DNA from: an uncultured Rikenellaceae bacterium
GTDB lineage: Bacteria; Bacteroidota; Bacteroidia; Bacteroidales; VadinHA17
DNA: 64,000 bases
Direction: 5' to 3'
NCBI GenBank assembly: GCA_964640125.1
Contig: CAZXGG010000001.1
Location: 13,708-77,707, forward strand
The notes under the pieces are model-generated. The model was not told the DNA's origin and did not search any database. It saw nothing but the letters and a program-made list of their open reading frames with translations. The position numbers were made by a program, and so were the translations under genes. Below, one piece after another: positions 20,401-27,551 of the stretch. How positions within the stretch are numbered: the first letter of the stretch is position 1; each line of letters opens with the position of its first letter.

Positions 20401-21243
20401 AAAACCAGCATCCTGAAGGGATTTGATACTGATCTGTTTGCCAAATTCCACCCCCGTTTGTACCTTGATTCCAAGTCCGGTTATCCAATTAATCTCGGCA
20501 TCCAGAATTTTTTTTGGCAACCGGTATTCGGGGATACCATATCTCAGCATACCTCCCAGTTCCGGCAGTTTTTCAAAGATTGTAACCTCGTACCCTTCCA
20601 GGATCAGGTAATAGGCACAGGTTAATCCACCGGGACCTCCACCGATCACAGCAACCTTCTGGTTCTTCTTCTCTTTCAGGGCAGGGGTCCATTTGTTTTC
20701 TCCTTCCAGATCGGCAATATATCGTTTCAAATAGTTAATACCCACTGGTTGATCCACAATTGCCCTGCGACAGGCTGCTTCACAATCCCTGACGCATATT
20801 CTTCCAATGGAGAGTGGAAGGGGATTATTTTCTTTCACCAGCCGTATTGCGTCACGGTATTTCCTGGCAGAAATCAGAGCAATATAACCCTGTGCATCCA
20901 CATGGGCCGGACAATTGTCAATGCATGGTCCAATGCAGTCGGCATAGTGGTTTGAAAAGAGAAGTTCCAGTGCTGTTTTTCTCGAACTTCTGACCCGTTC
21001 GTTGTTTGTATATATAACCATGTTATCCTGTATCATGGTGGAACAAGAGGGAATCAGTTTTTGTATTCCTTCCACTTCAACCACACAGATGAAACAGGAT
21101 GTATCCGGTTCAATCCGTTTATCATGACACAATGTTGGGATCCTGTCAATCTTATGATCATGGATAACCTCGAGAATTGTTTTCCCTGATTCAGTAGTGA
21201 TTTGCTGGCCGTTAATGGTTACTTTAATTATTCCCATGTCCAT
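17470..21243 (-). CDS. Large NuoG/FdhF-like Fe-S flavoprotein with embedded GltD-type FAD/NADPH module (StnC/BfuA-like); no catalytic Cys/Sec
   Basis: [2Fe-2S] (C..CFIC..C); HYADC; GltD module (PCIDNCP, GGGPGG, GGGNTAID, YRR); 2x[4Fe-4S] (CINCGRC..C, CISCGNC..CP); CNFCSIGC cluster; molybdopterin-oxidoreductase fold with NNIASIDT where FdhF has NNVDxxxRxC/UH. Confidence 0.88.
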   Translation of the reverse strand: MDMGIIKVTINGQQITTESGKTILEVIHDHKIDRIPTLCHDKRIEPDTSCFICVVEVEGIQKLIPSCSTMIQDNMVIYTNNERVRSSRKTALELLFSNHYADCIGPCIDNCPAHVDAQGYIALISARKYRDAIRLVKENNPLPLSIGRICVRDCEAACRRAIVDQPVGINYLKRYIADLEGENKWTPALKEKKNQKVAVIGGGPGGLTCAYYLILEGYEVTIFEKLPELGGMLRYGIPEYRLPKKILDAEINWITGLGIKVQTGVEFGKQISIKSLQDAGFNALFIAVGAHRASKMRVEGENDTEGVIPGIDFLREVILKGVPAIQGKVAIVGGGNTAIDAARTALRCGVDEVKIIYRRSRNEMPAHSEEIEAAQNEGVEINFLTLPKSIIRDGKTLKAIECLKMKLEDAGPGERPKPVPIPGSEFILDCDFLISAIGQQIESSSLTGEKDLKLESWGSVVVDQKTMETSIPGVFAGGDVVTGAYTAISAIAQGKQAACSIDDYLKNGQTGRGNGKYLSFKHYFGEIPSRELERITKSDRITMPEIPLAIRKKTFREVETGLTDEQSCIESERCLECGCSEYYDCALRKLADEFDLDISDYLGETRKYEVDTRHPFILLDPNKCINCGRCTRTCSEILKVASMGFVYRGFKAIVKPAMEKPLLDTNCISCGNCIDTCPTGAITEKFPFKVLGTLPKENRETICNFCSIGCKINYKVINDDIVYVSNSTEGIKDSHNKGYLCMKGRFGHRYLMNGNKVQSATIRKNGKPEQVDSDKAIDHAAKRIKEIVDQHGPQSVALFCSPKLPNEQLYLLQKFGRSGLGTNNIASIDTLVNETALIDLDDSLGITSSTVTMDDFQKADLLVVVNGDLSEENLIMELKIKEAQKNGTKLILINSSEIKLTKFADLWIDSRKGTNTVLMNAIIQQVIERNQYDETSIRSTVEGLEELKKMIAMFRKEEACDIAEIDEEKFDTLVDLLNNPSSNIIFIYNLDSRKEKTKNDLKAIGNYLLLTNRFSRRNNGLMLLRDYSNSAGHLDMGVDPDHLPGYVKFFEREEIKRIEQMWNTDLERVFLPTDIKKELMEGKIKAVLIFGEDPLACLDTARWFKNMEFLLVHDSFYTDTARRAEVVLPAPSFIEDRGTYTNCERRLQESIPVIYPNNMNEGWETISKLASCFNGGFGYESIKAIFSEMCTINRMYREGKPNSVLVNPVILGKFFTRNKKPNFAIIDYDLKTINPLKTSFSYSEMFFRKNIKSNLFH

Positions 21244-21254
21244 GGATCAACAGG

Positions 21255-23021
21255 TTAATATTTCTCCACTGCTTCAAATTTGCACACATCATAACATTGT
21301 CCACACTTGATACAGGCTTCCTGATCAATTGTATGGAGTTCTTTTTTTTCTCCTGAAATACAATTAACAGGACATTTAATGGCACACAGGGTACAACCTG
21401 TACATTTTTCCGGAATGATGGAATAGGTAAGCAGTGCCGCACAGCTATGGGCAGGACATCTTTTTTCATGAATGTGTGCTTCATATTCTTCCCTGAAATA
21501 CTTGATCGTTGTCAATACCGGGTTTGGTGCAGTTTGTCCCAGTCCACATAAGCTGCTGTTTTTTATCTTCTGTGCTAACTCCTCAAGCAATTCAATGTCA
21601 TGTTCTTTTCCTTCTCCTGCTGTTATTCTCTCGAGGATTTCAAGCATTCTTTTTGTCCCGATCCTACAAAAGGTACATTTACCGCACGATTCGTTTTGAG
21701 TAAAGTTGAGAAAGAATTTTGCCAGGTCGACCATGCAGGTAGTGTTATCGAGTACGATTAAACCACCCGAACCCATGATGGCACCTGTCTGGGTAATTTC
21801 GTCATAATCGATTTTCAAATCTCCCATGGAAGCCGGAATGCATCCTCCGGATGGGCCTCCCATCTGTACTGCTTTAAACTCTCTTCCCTCTTTTACTCCT
21901 CCCCCAATCTCATAAACAATTTCATTAATGGTTATTCCCATGGGTACTTCAGCCAGACCACTTCTCGCGATTTTCCCTGCCAGGGCAAACACTTTTGTTC
22001 CCTTGCTTTTTTTCGTGCCCAGAGCGGCATATTGATCAGCTCCATTACGAATGATCCAGGGTATATTGGCGTAAGTCTCAACATTATTGATGTTGGTTGG
22101 CTTACCCCATAATCCTTTCACTGCCGGAAAAGGAGGTCTCAATCTTGGAACGCCTCTTTTGCCTTCAATGGAGGCAATTAACGCGGTTTCCTCACCACAC
22201 ACAAAGGCACCTGCCCCTTCTTTTATTTTTATCCTGAAATCGAGATCCGAACCAAATATACCTTCACCAAGAAATCTTTTCTTTTCACATTGCTCTATTG
22301 CCAGTCTTAATCGTTTAATGGCAAGAGGGTATTCAGCACGGACATACACATAGGCTTCATCCGAACCGATCGCATAGGCAGCAATCATCATCCCTTCCAA
22401 TACAGCATGGGGATCACCTTCCAGAACGCTTCTGTCCATAAATGCTCCCGGATCTCCTTCATCCGCATTGCAAATGATGTATTTTTTGTCTCCTTCCGAT
22501 TCTCGTGCAAACTTCCATTTCAGCCCCGTGGGAAATCCGCCACCACCCCGTCCGCGCAAACCTGAATTCATTACCATTGTAATCACCTCATCGGGGGTAA
22601 GCTCTTCGATAATCTGCTGAACAGCCTGATATCCGTCTCTATCAATATATTCCTCAATGGATGTTGGATCGATCACGCCACAGTTTCTAAGTACTATCCG
22701 ATTTTGTTTATTGAAAAAATCCTCCTGAAGTGACAGTGTGTTGCTTCTAACGATCCACTCTTCAACCGGCCGTTTATTCACAATATGCTGGTCAACAATT
22801 CGTTCGACTCTATCCGCTGTAACCTTGGCATATAAAAAACTCTCCTTCTCGTTTACCACTTCCACCAGTACCTCTTCATAACACATTCCCATGCACCCTG
22901 TCTCCTTTACAGGAATATCCAGATTTTTTTCCCGTACGGTTTTTTTCAGTGCTTTGTATACCAGGTCTCCTCCCGCTGAAATACCACAAGTACCCAGACC
23001 AACTTTTATTTCCATGTTCAC
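21255..23021 (-). CDS. nuoF: NADH-binding flavoprotein subunit, NuoF/HydB-like (StnB/BfuB-like)
   Basis: N-terminal thioredoxin-like ferredoxin (GTCG, GCMGMC); GRGGGGFP, CNADEGDPGAFMDR, GAGAFVCGEE, GGPSGG, ESCGKCTFCR; C-terminal 2x[4Fe-4S]. Confidence 0.93.
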   Translation of the reverse strand: MNMEIKVGLGTCGISAGGDLVYKALKKTVREKNLDIPVKETGCMGMCYEEVLVEVVNEKESFLYAKVTADRVERIVDQHIVNKRPVEEWIVRSNTLSLQEDFFNKQNRIVLRNCGVIDPTSIEEYIDRDGYQAVQQIIEELTPDEVITMVMNSGLRGRGGGGFPTGLKWKFARESEGDKKYIICNADEGDPGAFMDRSVLEGDPHAVLEGMMIAAYAIGSDEAYVYVRAEYPLAIKRLRLAIEQCEKKRFLGEGIFGSDLDFRIKIKEGAGAFVCGEETALIASIEGKRGVPRLRPPFPAVKGLWGKPTNINNVETYANIPWIIRNGADQYAALGTKKSKGTKVFALAGKIARSGLAEVPMGITINEIVYEIGGGVKEGREFKAVQMGGPSGGCIPASMGDLKIDYDEITQTGAIMGSGGLIVLDNTTCMVDLAKFFLNFTQNESCGKCTFCRIGTKRMLEILERITAGEGKEHDIELLEELAQKIKNSSLCGLGQTAPNPVLTTIKYFREEYEAHIHEKRCPAHSCAALLTYSIIPEKCTGCTLCAIKCPVNCISGEKKELHTIDQEACIKCGQCYDVCKFEAVEKY

Positions 23022-23028
23022 TATTCTT

Positions 23029-23526
23029 CTATTCGGACGTCTTATTTTTGTATTTCCTTACTACCTTTTTCGTCCTGTCAGGTGTAAGGTTGCCATAGGT
23101 CTCTTCATTAATCATGATAACCGGAGCCAACGAACAACAACCCAGACAGGCTACGGACTGAAGTGTGAATAGCCCGTCGTCAGTAGTTTCATTTACGGAA
23201 ATACCCAGTTCATTCTTGAGTGTATTAAGAATATTTTTTGCTCCATTGACATGACAGGCTGTTCCTTCACAAATTTTTATGACATGCTTGCCCAATGGTT
23301 TCAACCGGAACTGAGCATAGAAAGTAATGACGCCGTAAATCTCGGCAGACGGTATACCAACCACTTCACTAACGTAATGGATCACCTTTTCCGGAATGTA
23401 ACCATAAGAATCCTGAGCTGATTGTAACAATGGTATTAACGCTCCAGTCTGATCCTTTTTTGTGATCAGGTCAATTTTGAAATTTTTAATTTGCGGTCCT
23501 CTCTCCCGGATATCCCTCTCAGCCAT
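23029..23526 (-). CDS. nuoE: [2Fe-2S] subunit, NuoE/HydC-like (StnA/BfuC-like)
   Basis: CEGTACH and ACLGCCSLAP motifs. Start placed at ATG 23526 (preceded by AAGGA); the longer ORF from 23589 runs through a hairpin. Confidence 0.92.
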   Translation of the reverse strand: MAERDIRERGPQIKNFKIDLITKKDQTGALIPLLQSAQDSYGYIPEKVIHYVSEVVGIPSAEIYGVITFYAQFRLKPLGKHVIKICEGTACHVNGAKNILNTLKNELGISVNETTDDGLFTLQSVACLGCCSLAPVIMINEETYGNLTPDRTKKVVRKYKNKTSE

Positions 23527-23548
23527 TGGTTTCCTTTTGTTAAAATAT

Positions 23549-23590
23549 AAAACATGATATGGATACCCGAAAACCGGGCACCATACCATG
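23549..23590 (-). terminator. Strong hairpin plus U-tract between the regulator gene and the nuoE-like gene (terminator/attenuator or stability hairpin)
   Basis: Minus strand CATGGTATGG-TGCCCG-GTTTT-CGGGTA-T-CCATATCATG followed by TTTT. Confidence 0.6.
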
Positions 23591-23695
23591 ATCTGTTATT
23601 TACTACGAATTGAGTCTCTTATGAAATGCTTAGCTTTTGAGCGGTTAAATATAATTGGGACAAAGAATAATGATAATGATAAAACTCATCTATTT

Positions 23696-24682
23696 TTACA
23701 TCTCAAACATGTTTACCACCGGGAATTTTTTAACTTTTAAGACACCATCCAAACCAATGATCTTATTTTCAACAAACCGGTCAACCTCAGTGAAGTAACT
23801 TCCATGAACCATCAGTACCAGGTTATATTTACCTGTTGTAACATCACAGAAGGCTACGTTTTCTTCCGAATGTAATACCGAGTAAACCTTCTCAAGATGA
23901 TCATTTTCCAATGCGATAAGAACATAGGAACATACACGCTGGCTAAAATTCCGTTCTTTGGCTTTATCATCAGAAAGTGTGATTTCAGCATGCTCAATGA
24001 TCTCCCTGATTTTTTCATTTTCTGGTATGGTACCAATCGTCATAAAATCAACTTCATCAACACCATCCATTTTCTTCACTCTGTTTTCAAGTATCTCTTT
24101 ACATTCTCCTATGGTATCAGCATGAACCAGCAGTATGATGTCGTATTCTCCCTGAGTGGCATCGCAATAGAGTACGTTGTCCATGAAATAGAGCTCCCTG
24201 TAGATGGAAAAGAAATTTGCATCCTTATTGATCTTCAACATCATAAAAGCCGATTTTGATAGGGCTTCTTTTTCCTTTTCCGGAACCTCAACCTCTTGTG
24301 ATGGTTCAGGCAGATCCAGAACTTCATTGAATTTATTGGTCAAATCGTCAATGGTGAATGGTTTTTCCAGTAACAGGCTTGCTTCAAGAGTTTCAATTTC
24401 ATTTCTTACTTTATCGGCATAACCTGTAATGAAGATGACCGGTGTATCCGGATATTTCGATTTGATCATCTTTCCCAGTTCAACACCATTGATGTCTGGC
24501 AATAAAATATCAAGCACGATGGAATCCAATGGAATCTCCTCCTGTTTAAGTGATTCCAGCTTTTGCAGGGCAGACAAGCCCGTATCACAATTTTCAACGG
24601 CAATCCCTCTTTGGTTTAATCCTAAGGTCAGGCTTCTTCTCAAGGATGATTCATCATCCACTAATAAAATTCGCTTTTCCAT
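23696..24682 (-). CDS. Response regulator: receiver domain plus two tandem Lrp/AsnC ligand-binding domains, no HTH
   Basis: REC (LLVDDE, VLDILLPD, ITGY, EKPF), then two ~75-aa repeats (YCDATQGEYDIILLV / FCDVTTGKYNLVLMV). GGAGG 8 nt upstream supports ATG 24682; alternative start 24697. Confidence 0.82.
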   Translation of the reverse strand: MEKRILLVDDESSLRRSLTLGLNQRGIAVENCDTGLSALQKLESLKQEEIPLDSIVLDILLPDINGVELGKMIKSKYPDTPVIFITGYADKVRNEIETLEASLLLEKPFTIDDLTNKFNEVLDLPEPSQEVEVPEKEKEALSKSAFMMLKINKDANFFSIYRELYFMDNVLYCDATQGEYDIILLVHADTIGECKEILENRVKKMDGVDEVDFMTIGTIPENEKIREIIEHAEITLSDDKAKERNFSQRVCSYVLIALENDHLEKVYSVLHSEENVAFCDVTTGKYNLVLMVHGSYFTEVDRFVENKIIGLDGVLKVKKFPVVNMFEM

Positions 24683-24748
24683 TGTTAATTCCTCCATAAA
24701 TTTTAATGATTATTTTTTCTTGTTGAGATCCTTTTTTGACACTTCTCT

Positions 24749-24765
24749 ATCAACCCACATGCCAA
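24749..24765 (-). promoter_or_regulatory. Candidate sigma-54 (-24/-12) promoter for the redox operon
   Basis: Minus strand TTGGCATGTGGGTTGAT: GG-N10-GA with correct spacing, -12 GA instead of GC. The operon encodes a GAFTGA activator. Confidence 0.55.
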
Positions 24766-24830
24766 ACCTTATAATATGTTGATATTCTGTGCATTATAAA
24801 TTTTTCATTATAAAATCAGCCGATCACTTC

Positions 24831-24903
24831 TGGAAAAAAAATTTACAGTAAAATCATAAGCGTCTCTTTTTGAGTAAGATACAAACTGATAAAAAAGTTA
24901 ACA
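24831..24903. promoter_or_regulatory. Candidate enhancer (UAS) sites for the sigma-54 activator
   Basis: Two 17-bp TG-(A/T-rich)-ACA boxes, TGGAAAAAAAATTTACA (24831-24847) and TGATAAAAAAGTTAACA (24887-24903), about 65-140 bp upstream of the -24 element. Confidence 0.35.
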
Positions 24904-25012
24904 CTTTACACCGGTTTGCACATTCCCTTTCGGTTTTAACATTCTCTCCTTCCTTCTTTTTGCAGTGTTATATAGTTTTCACTACCTTCAAAAATCACTA
25001 ATTCTGTACTCT

Positions 25013-27316
25013 ATGAATGCTTTAAAAAAACACCTTCCGGAGGTCCTGTTTATTGCAGCCATAATTCTCATTTTCTTTTTATCCTTCATTTTATGCTCTC
25101 CTCCTGCGATGGTTCCTTCCGGTGCACCTGAGGATCAATTTTCGGCCGAGAGGGCATTCTCTCATACCGTTCAGATTGCCCGGGCACCTCATTGTCTTGG
25201 AACAGCTGAACATACGAGGATTAAAGAATACATTCAAAACGAGCTTCTGAACCTCGGACTGGAATATGGGGAGCAAGATACGACTGCTGTTTATGATCAA
25301 TCTGGTGTGAGGGCCGGTTACGTTTCCAATCTTTATGGGATATTGAAGGGAAACGGTACCGGGAAAAAGGCGGTTCTGTTTCTCGGGCATTACGATTCGT
25401 GTCCGCATACACCGGGTGCAGCCGATGATGGTTCGGCTGTTGTATCCATGTTAGAAGCGGCGAGGGCTTTAATAAACAGCGGCCCATTCGATAATGATAT
25501 CATCTTTCTTTTTACCGATGGTGAAGAATCCGGATTATTTGGAGCAAAAGTTTTTACCGAAGAACATCCGCTAATTGAAACCATTGGAGTCGTTATCAAC
25601 ATTGAAGCAAGGGGGTCCCGTGGCCCTGCCCTTGCATACGAATTCAATGAAAACAACGGGTGGATCATCCGGGAACTGAACAGGGCTATGCCCAGACTGT
25701 ACGCTGGTTCAATATTTTATGAGATCTATAAACGCATGCCCAATAATACCGATTTTACCATGTTTCGCAGGGCTGGTTTATCCGGGGTTAACATGGCTTT
25801 CATAGACGATTATGTGAACTACCATAGCATGACGGATTCACCGGAAAACCTCAGTCTGAAAAGCTTGCAACACCATGGCGATTTCATTATGGCCAGTGCT
25901 CGCCACTTTGGAAACATTCCCCTCGAAAACACGAAATCAGAAGATGTTATTTTTTTCAATTGGATCGGATCTTCTATGATCATCTATTCTGCCAGATTGA
26001 GTCTATTGTTGATTGTTATTGTCATGGTGCTCGCAATAATCTTTTTCTTTTTGGGTTTCAGAAAGCGCCAGCTCCGGTGGGGACGTGTATTGTTAGGATC
26101 ATTGCTCTTCATTCTAACCCTGACATTTATCCTTTTTATTTCATGGCTGTTGTTACTGGGAATAAAAAAGGGTTATCCCCACTACAATCATTTTTATGAT
26201 TTGAATTTTTACAACGTTAAATACTATTTCTTGACTTTTTCGGCTTTATCTCTTGTCTTTTTTTCGCTGGTTTATGGGCTCTTACAAAAACGTTTCAGGG
26301 TTTTGGAGCTTTATTCTGGTATTCTTATGTTCAACATTATCCTGCTGTTTTTTATCCACTTTCTTATTCCAACAGCATCCTATCTTGCAGTAGTTCCATT
26401 GTTATTCCTACTTGCCGGAGGAATTATTACGGTTTTGAAAGATCTGTCATTTGAAAACAGGAAATCATTTTTCTTTTTGATTCATCTGATCGCTATTTTA
26501 CCGATCCTTGGGTTGTATGTACCGTCCATCAATTTGTTTTATACTGCCCTGGGACTGGAGTTGATTTTTGCCGGATTGATCCTGTTGACAATTCTCTGGG
26601 GATATTTAGTTATTCCCATTTGCCTGGTAACCAAAAAACGAGTCTGGATCTTTCCATTGATTGCCCTGGTGATTTCCGGGACGGGTTTTCTAATGGCTCA
26701 CCTCCATTCGAAACCCGCTCCTGAAAGACCGTTACAAACCAGTTTAAATTATTACTTCGACAGTGACAGCAGTCGTGCCTTGTGGGTATCGGAATTTCTT
26801 GAAACGGATGAATGGAACAGTCAATTCTTCCAGAATGGGATAAGGGAACCGTTAACCGAGATTTATCCTCATGCCGACAGGCTCCGTTTAAAAAGTCCTG
26901 CCCCGGTTGTTTCCCTGGCTCTTCCTGAAATGGAGATATCTTCCGATACGGTTATTGAAAACCGGCGTTATATTGAGCTCACCATTACCACTCAAAGGGG
27001 AGCTGCATTTTGTGAGGCCTACTTTCATAAAAATTCCAAGCTGGTTGTTACCAGTGTAAATAATCGGCAGGTAGGTGCTGATACATACAAAAATTGGACA
27101 GGGGAGTATTGCGAATTGGTATATCACGGGTTACATGCCCATCCACTCCATTTATCCTTCAGCTGCACCGGGGATGAACCATTGGAGATGTTTATCATTG
27201 AAAGGAAATTTAATATTCGAGAGATTGAGGGTTTTGATCCGATGCAGGAATGGGTCATTCCCATTACAGGGTATAACAGTTACCAGGAGATCATAAAGAA
27301 AAGCTGGAGGTTTTAA
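25013..27316 (+). CDS. M28 family membrane metallopeptidase (ERMP1/vacuolar membrane protease-like)
   Basis: FSAERA, GHYDS, GAADDG, DGEE, NIEARG, PNNTDF and YHSMTD, followed by a multi-TM region. ATG 25013 preferred over GTG 24965. Confidence 0.92.
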   Translation: MNALKKHLPEVLFIAAIILIFFLSFILCSPPAMVPSGAPEDQFSAERAFSHTVQIARAPHCLGTAEHTRIKEYIQNELLNLGLEYGEQDTTAVYDQSGVRAGYVSNLYGILKGNGTGKKAVLFLGHYDSCPHTPGAADDGSAVVSMLEAARALINSGPFDNDIIFLFTDGEESGLFGAKVFTEEHPLIETIGVVINIEARGSRGPALAYEFNENNGWIIRELNRAMPRLYAGSIFYEIYKRMPNNTDFTMFRRAGLSGVNMAFIDDYVNYHSMTDSPENLSLKSLQHHGDFIMASARHFGNIPLENTKSEDVIFFNWIGSSMIIYSARLSLLLIVIVMVLAIIFFFLGFRKRQLRWGRVLLGSLLFILTLTFILFISWLLLLGIKKGYPHYNHFYDLNFYNVKYYFLTFSALSLVFFSLVYGLLQKRFRVLELYSGILMFNIILLFFIHFLIPTASYLAVVPLLFLLAGGIITVLKDLSFENRKSFFFLIHLIAILPILGLYVPSINLFYTALGLELIFAGLILLTILWGYLVIPICLVTKKRVWIFPLIALVISGTGFLMAHLHSKPAPERPLQTSLNYYFDSDSSRALWVSEFLETDEWNSQFFQNGIREPLTEIYPHADRLRLKSPAPVVSLALPEMEISSDTVIENRRYIELTITTQRGAAFCEAYFHKNSKLVVTSVNNRQVGADTYKNWTGEYCELVYHGLHAHPLHLSFSCTGDEPLEMFIIERKFNIREIEGFDPMQEWVIPITGYNSYQEIIKKSWRF

Positions 27317-27486
27317 CCAGCATCCCTGTTTCCCATGGCAATGTTATAATCGGTTCCTTCGGTTGTAAAAACCATTTCACTAAAACTGAGTTCCATGTCT
27401 CCTTTGGAGATTCCTTCTTCCTGTTCCTGTGCAAAGGTAAAGGACACAAAAAGTACAAAAATCAAAACAATAATACCTTTTTTCAT
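27313..27486 (-). pseudogene. 57-aa signal-peptide ORF, probably the truncated N-terminus of an exported (outer-membrane beta-barrel-like) protein
   Basis: Manual translation: MKKGIIVLIFVLFVSFTFAQEQEEGISKGDMELSFSEMVFTTEGTDYNIAMGNRDAG*. Clean Sec signal with A|Q cleavage. Its stop overlaps the M28 stop (TTAA). Confidence 0.55.
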
Positions 27487-27551
27487 GAAAATAAATAGTT
27501 AAATTAGTAGCTAATGTGAAAGCATATTATTTTTTAATACCAAAAACACCG

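Noticed and set aside
17470-21243. Formate dehydrogenase, selenoprotein or [FeFe]-hydrogenase call
   Set aside because: No Cys/Sec-His at the Mo-ligand position, no in-frame TGA, no H-cluster motifs, and no fdhD or maturation genes in the window.
23527-23589. 21-codon N-terminal extension of the NuoE-like ORF
   Set aside because: It coincides with a strong hairpin; the SD-like AAGGA supports ATG 23526.
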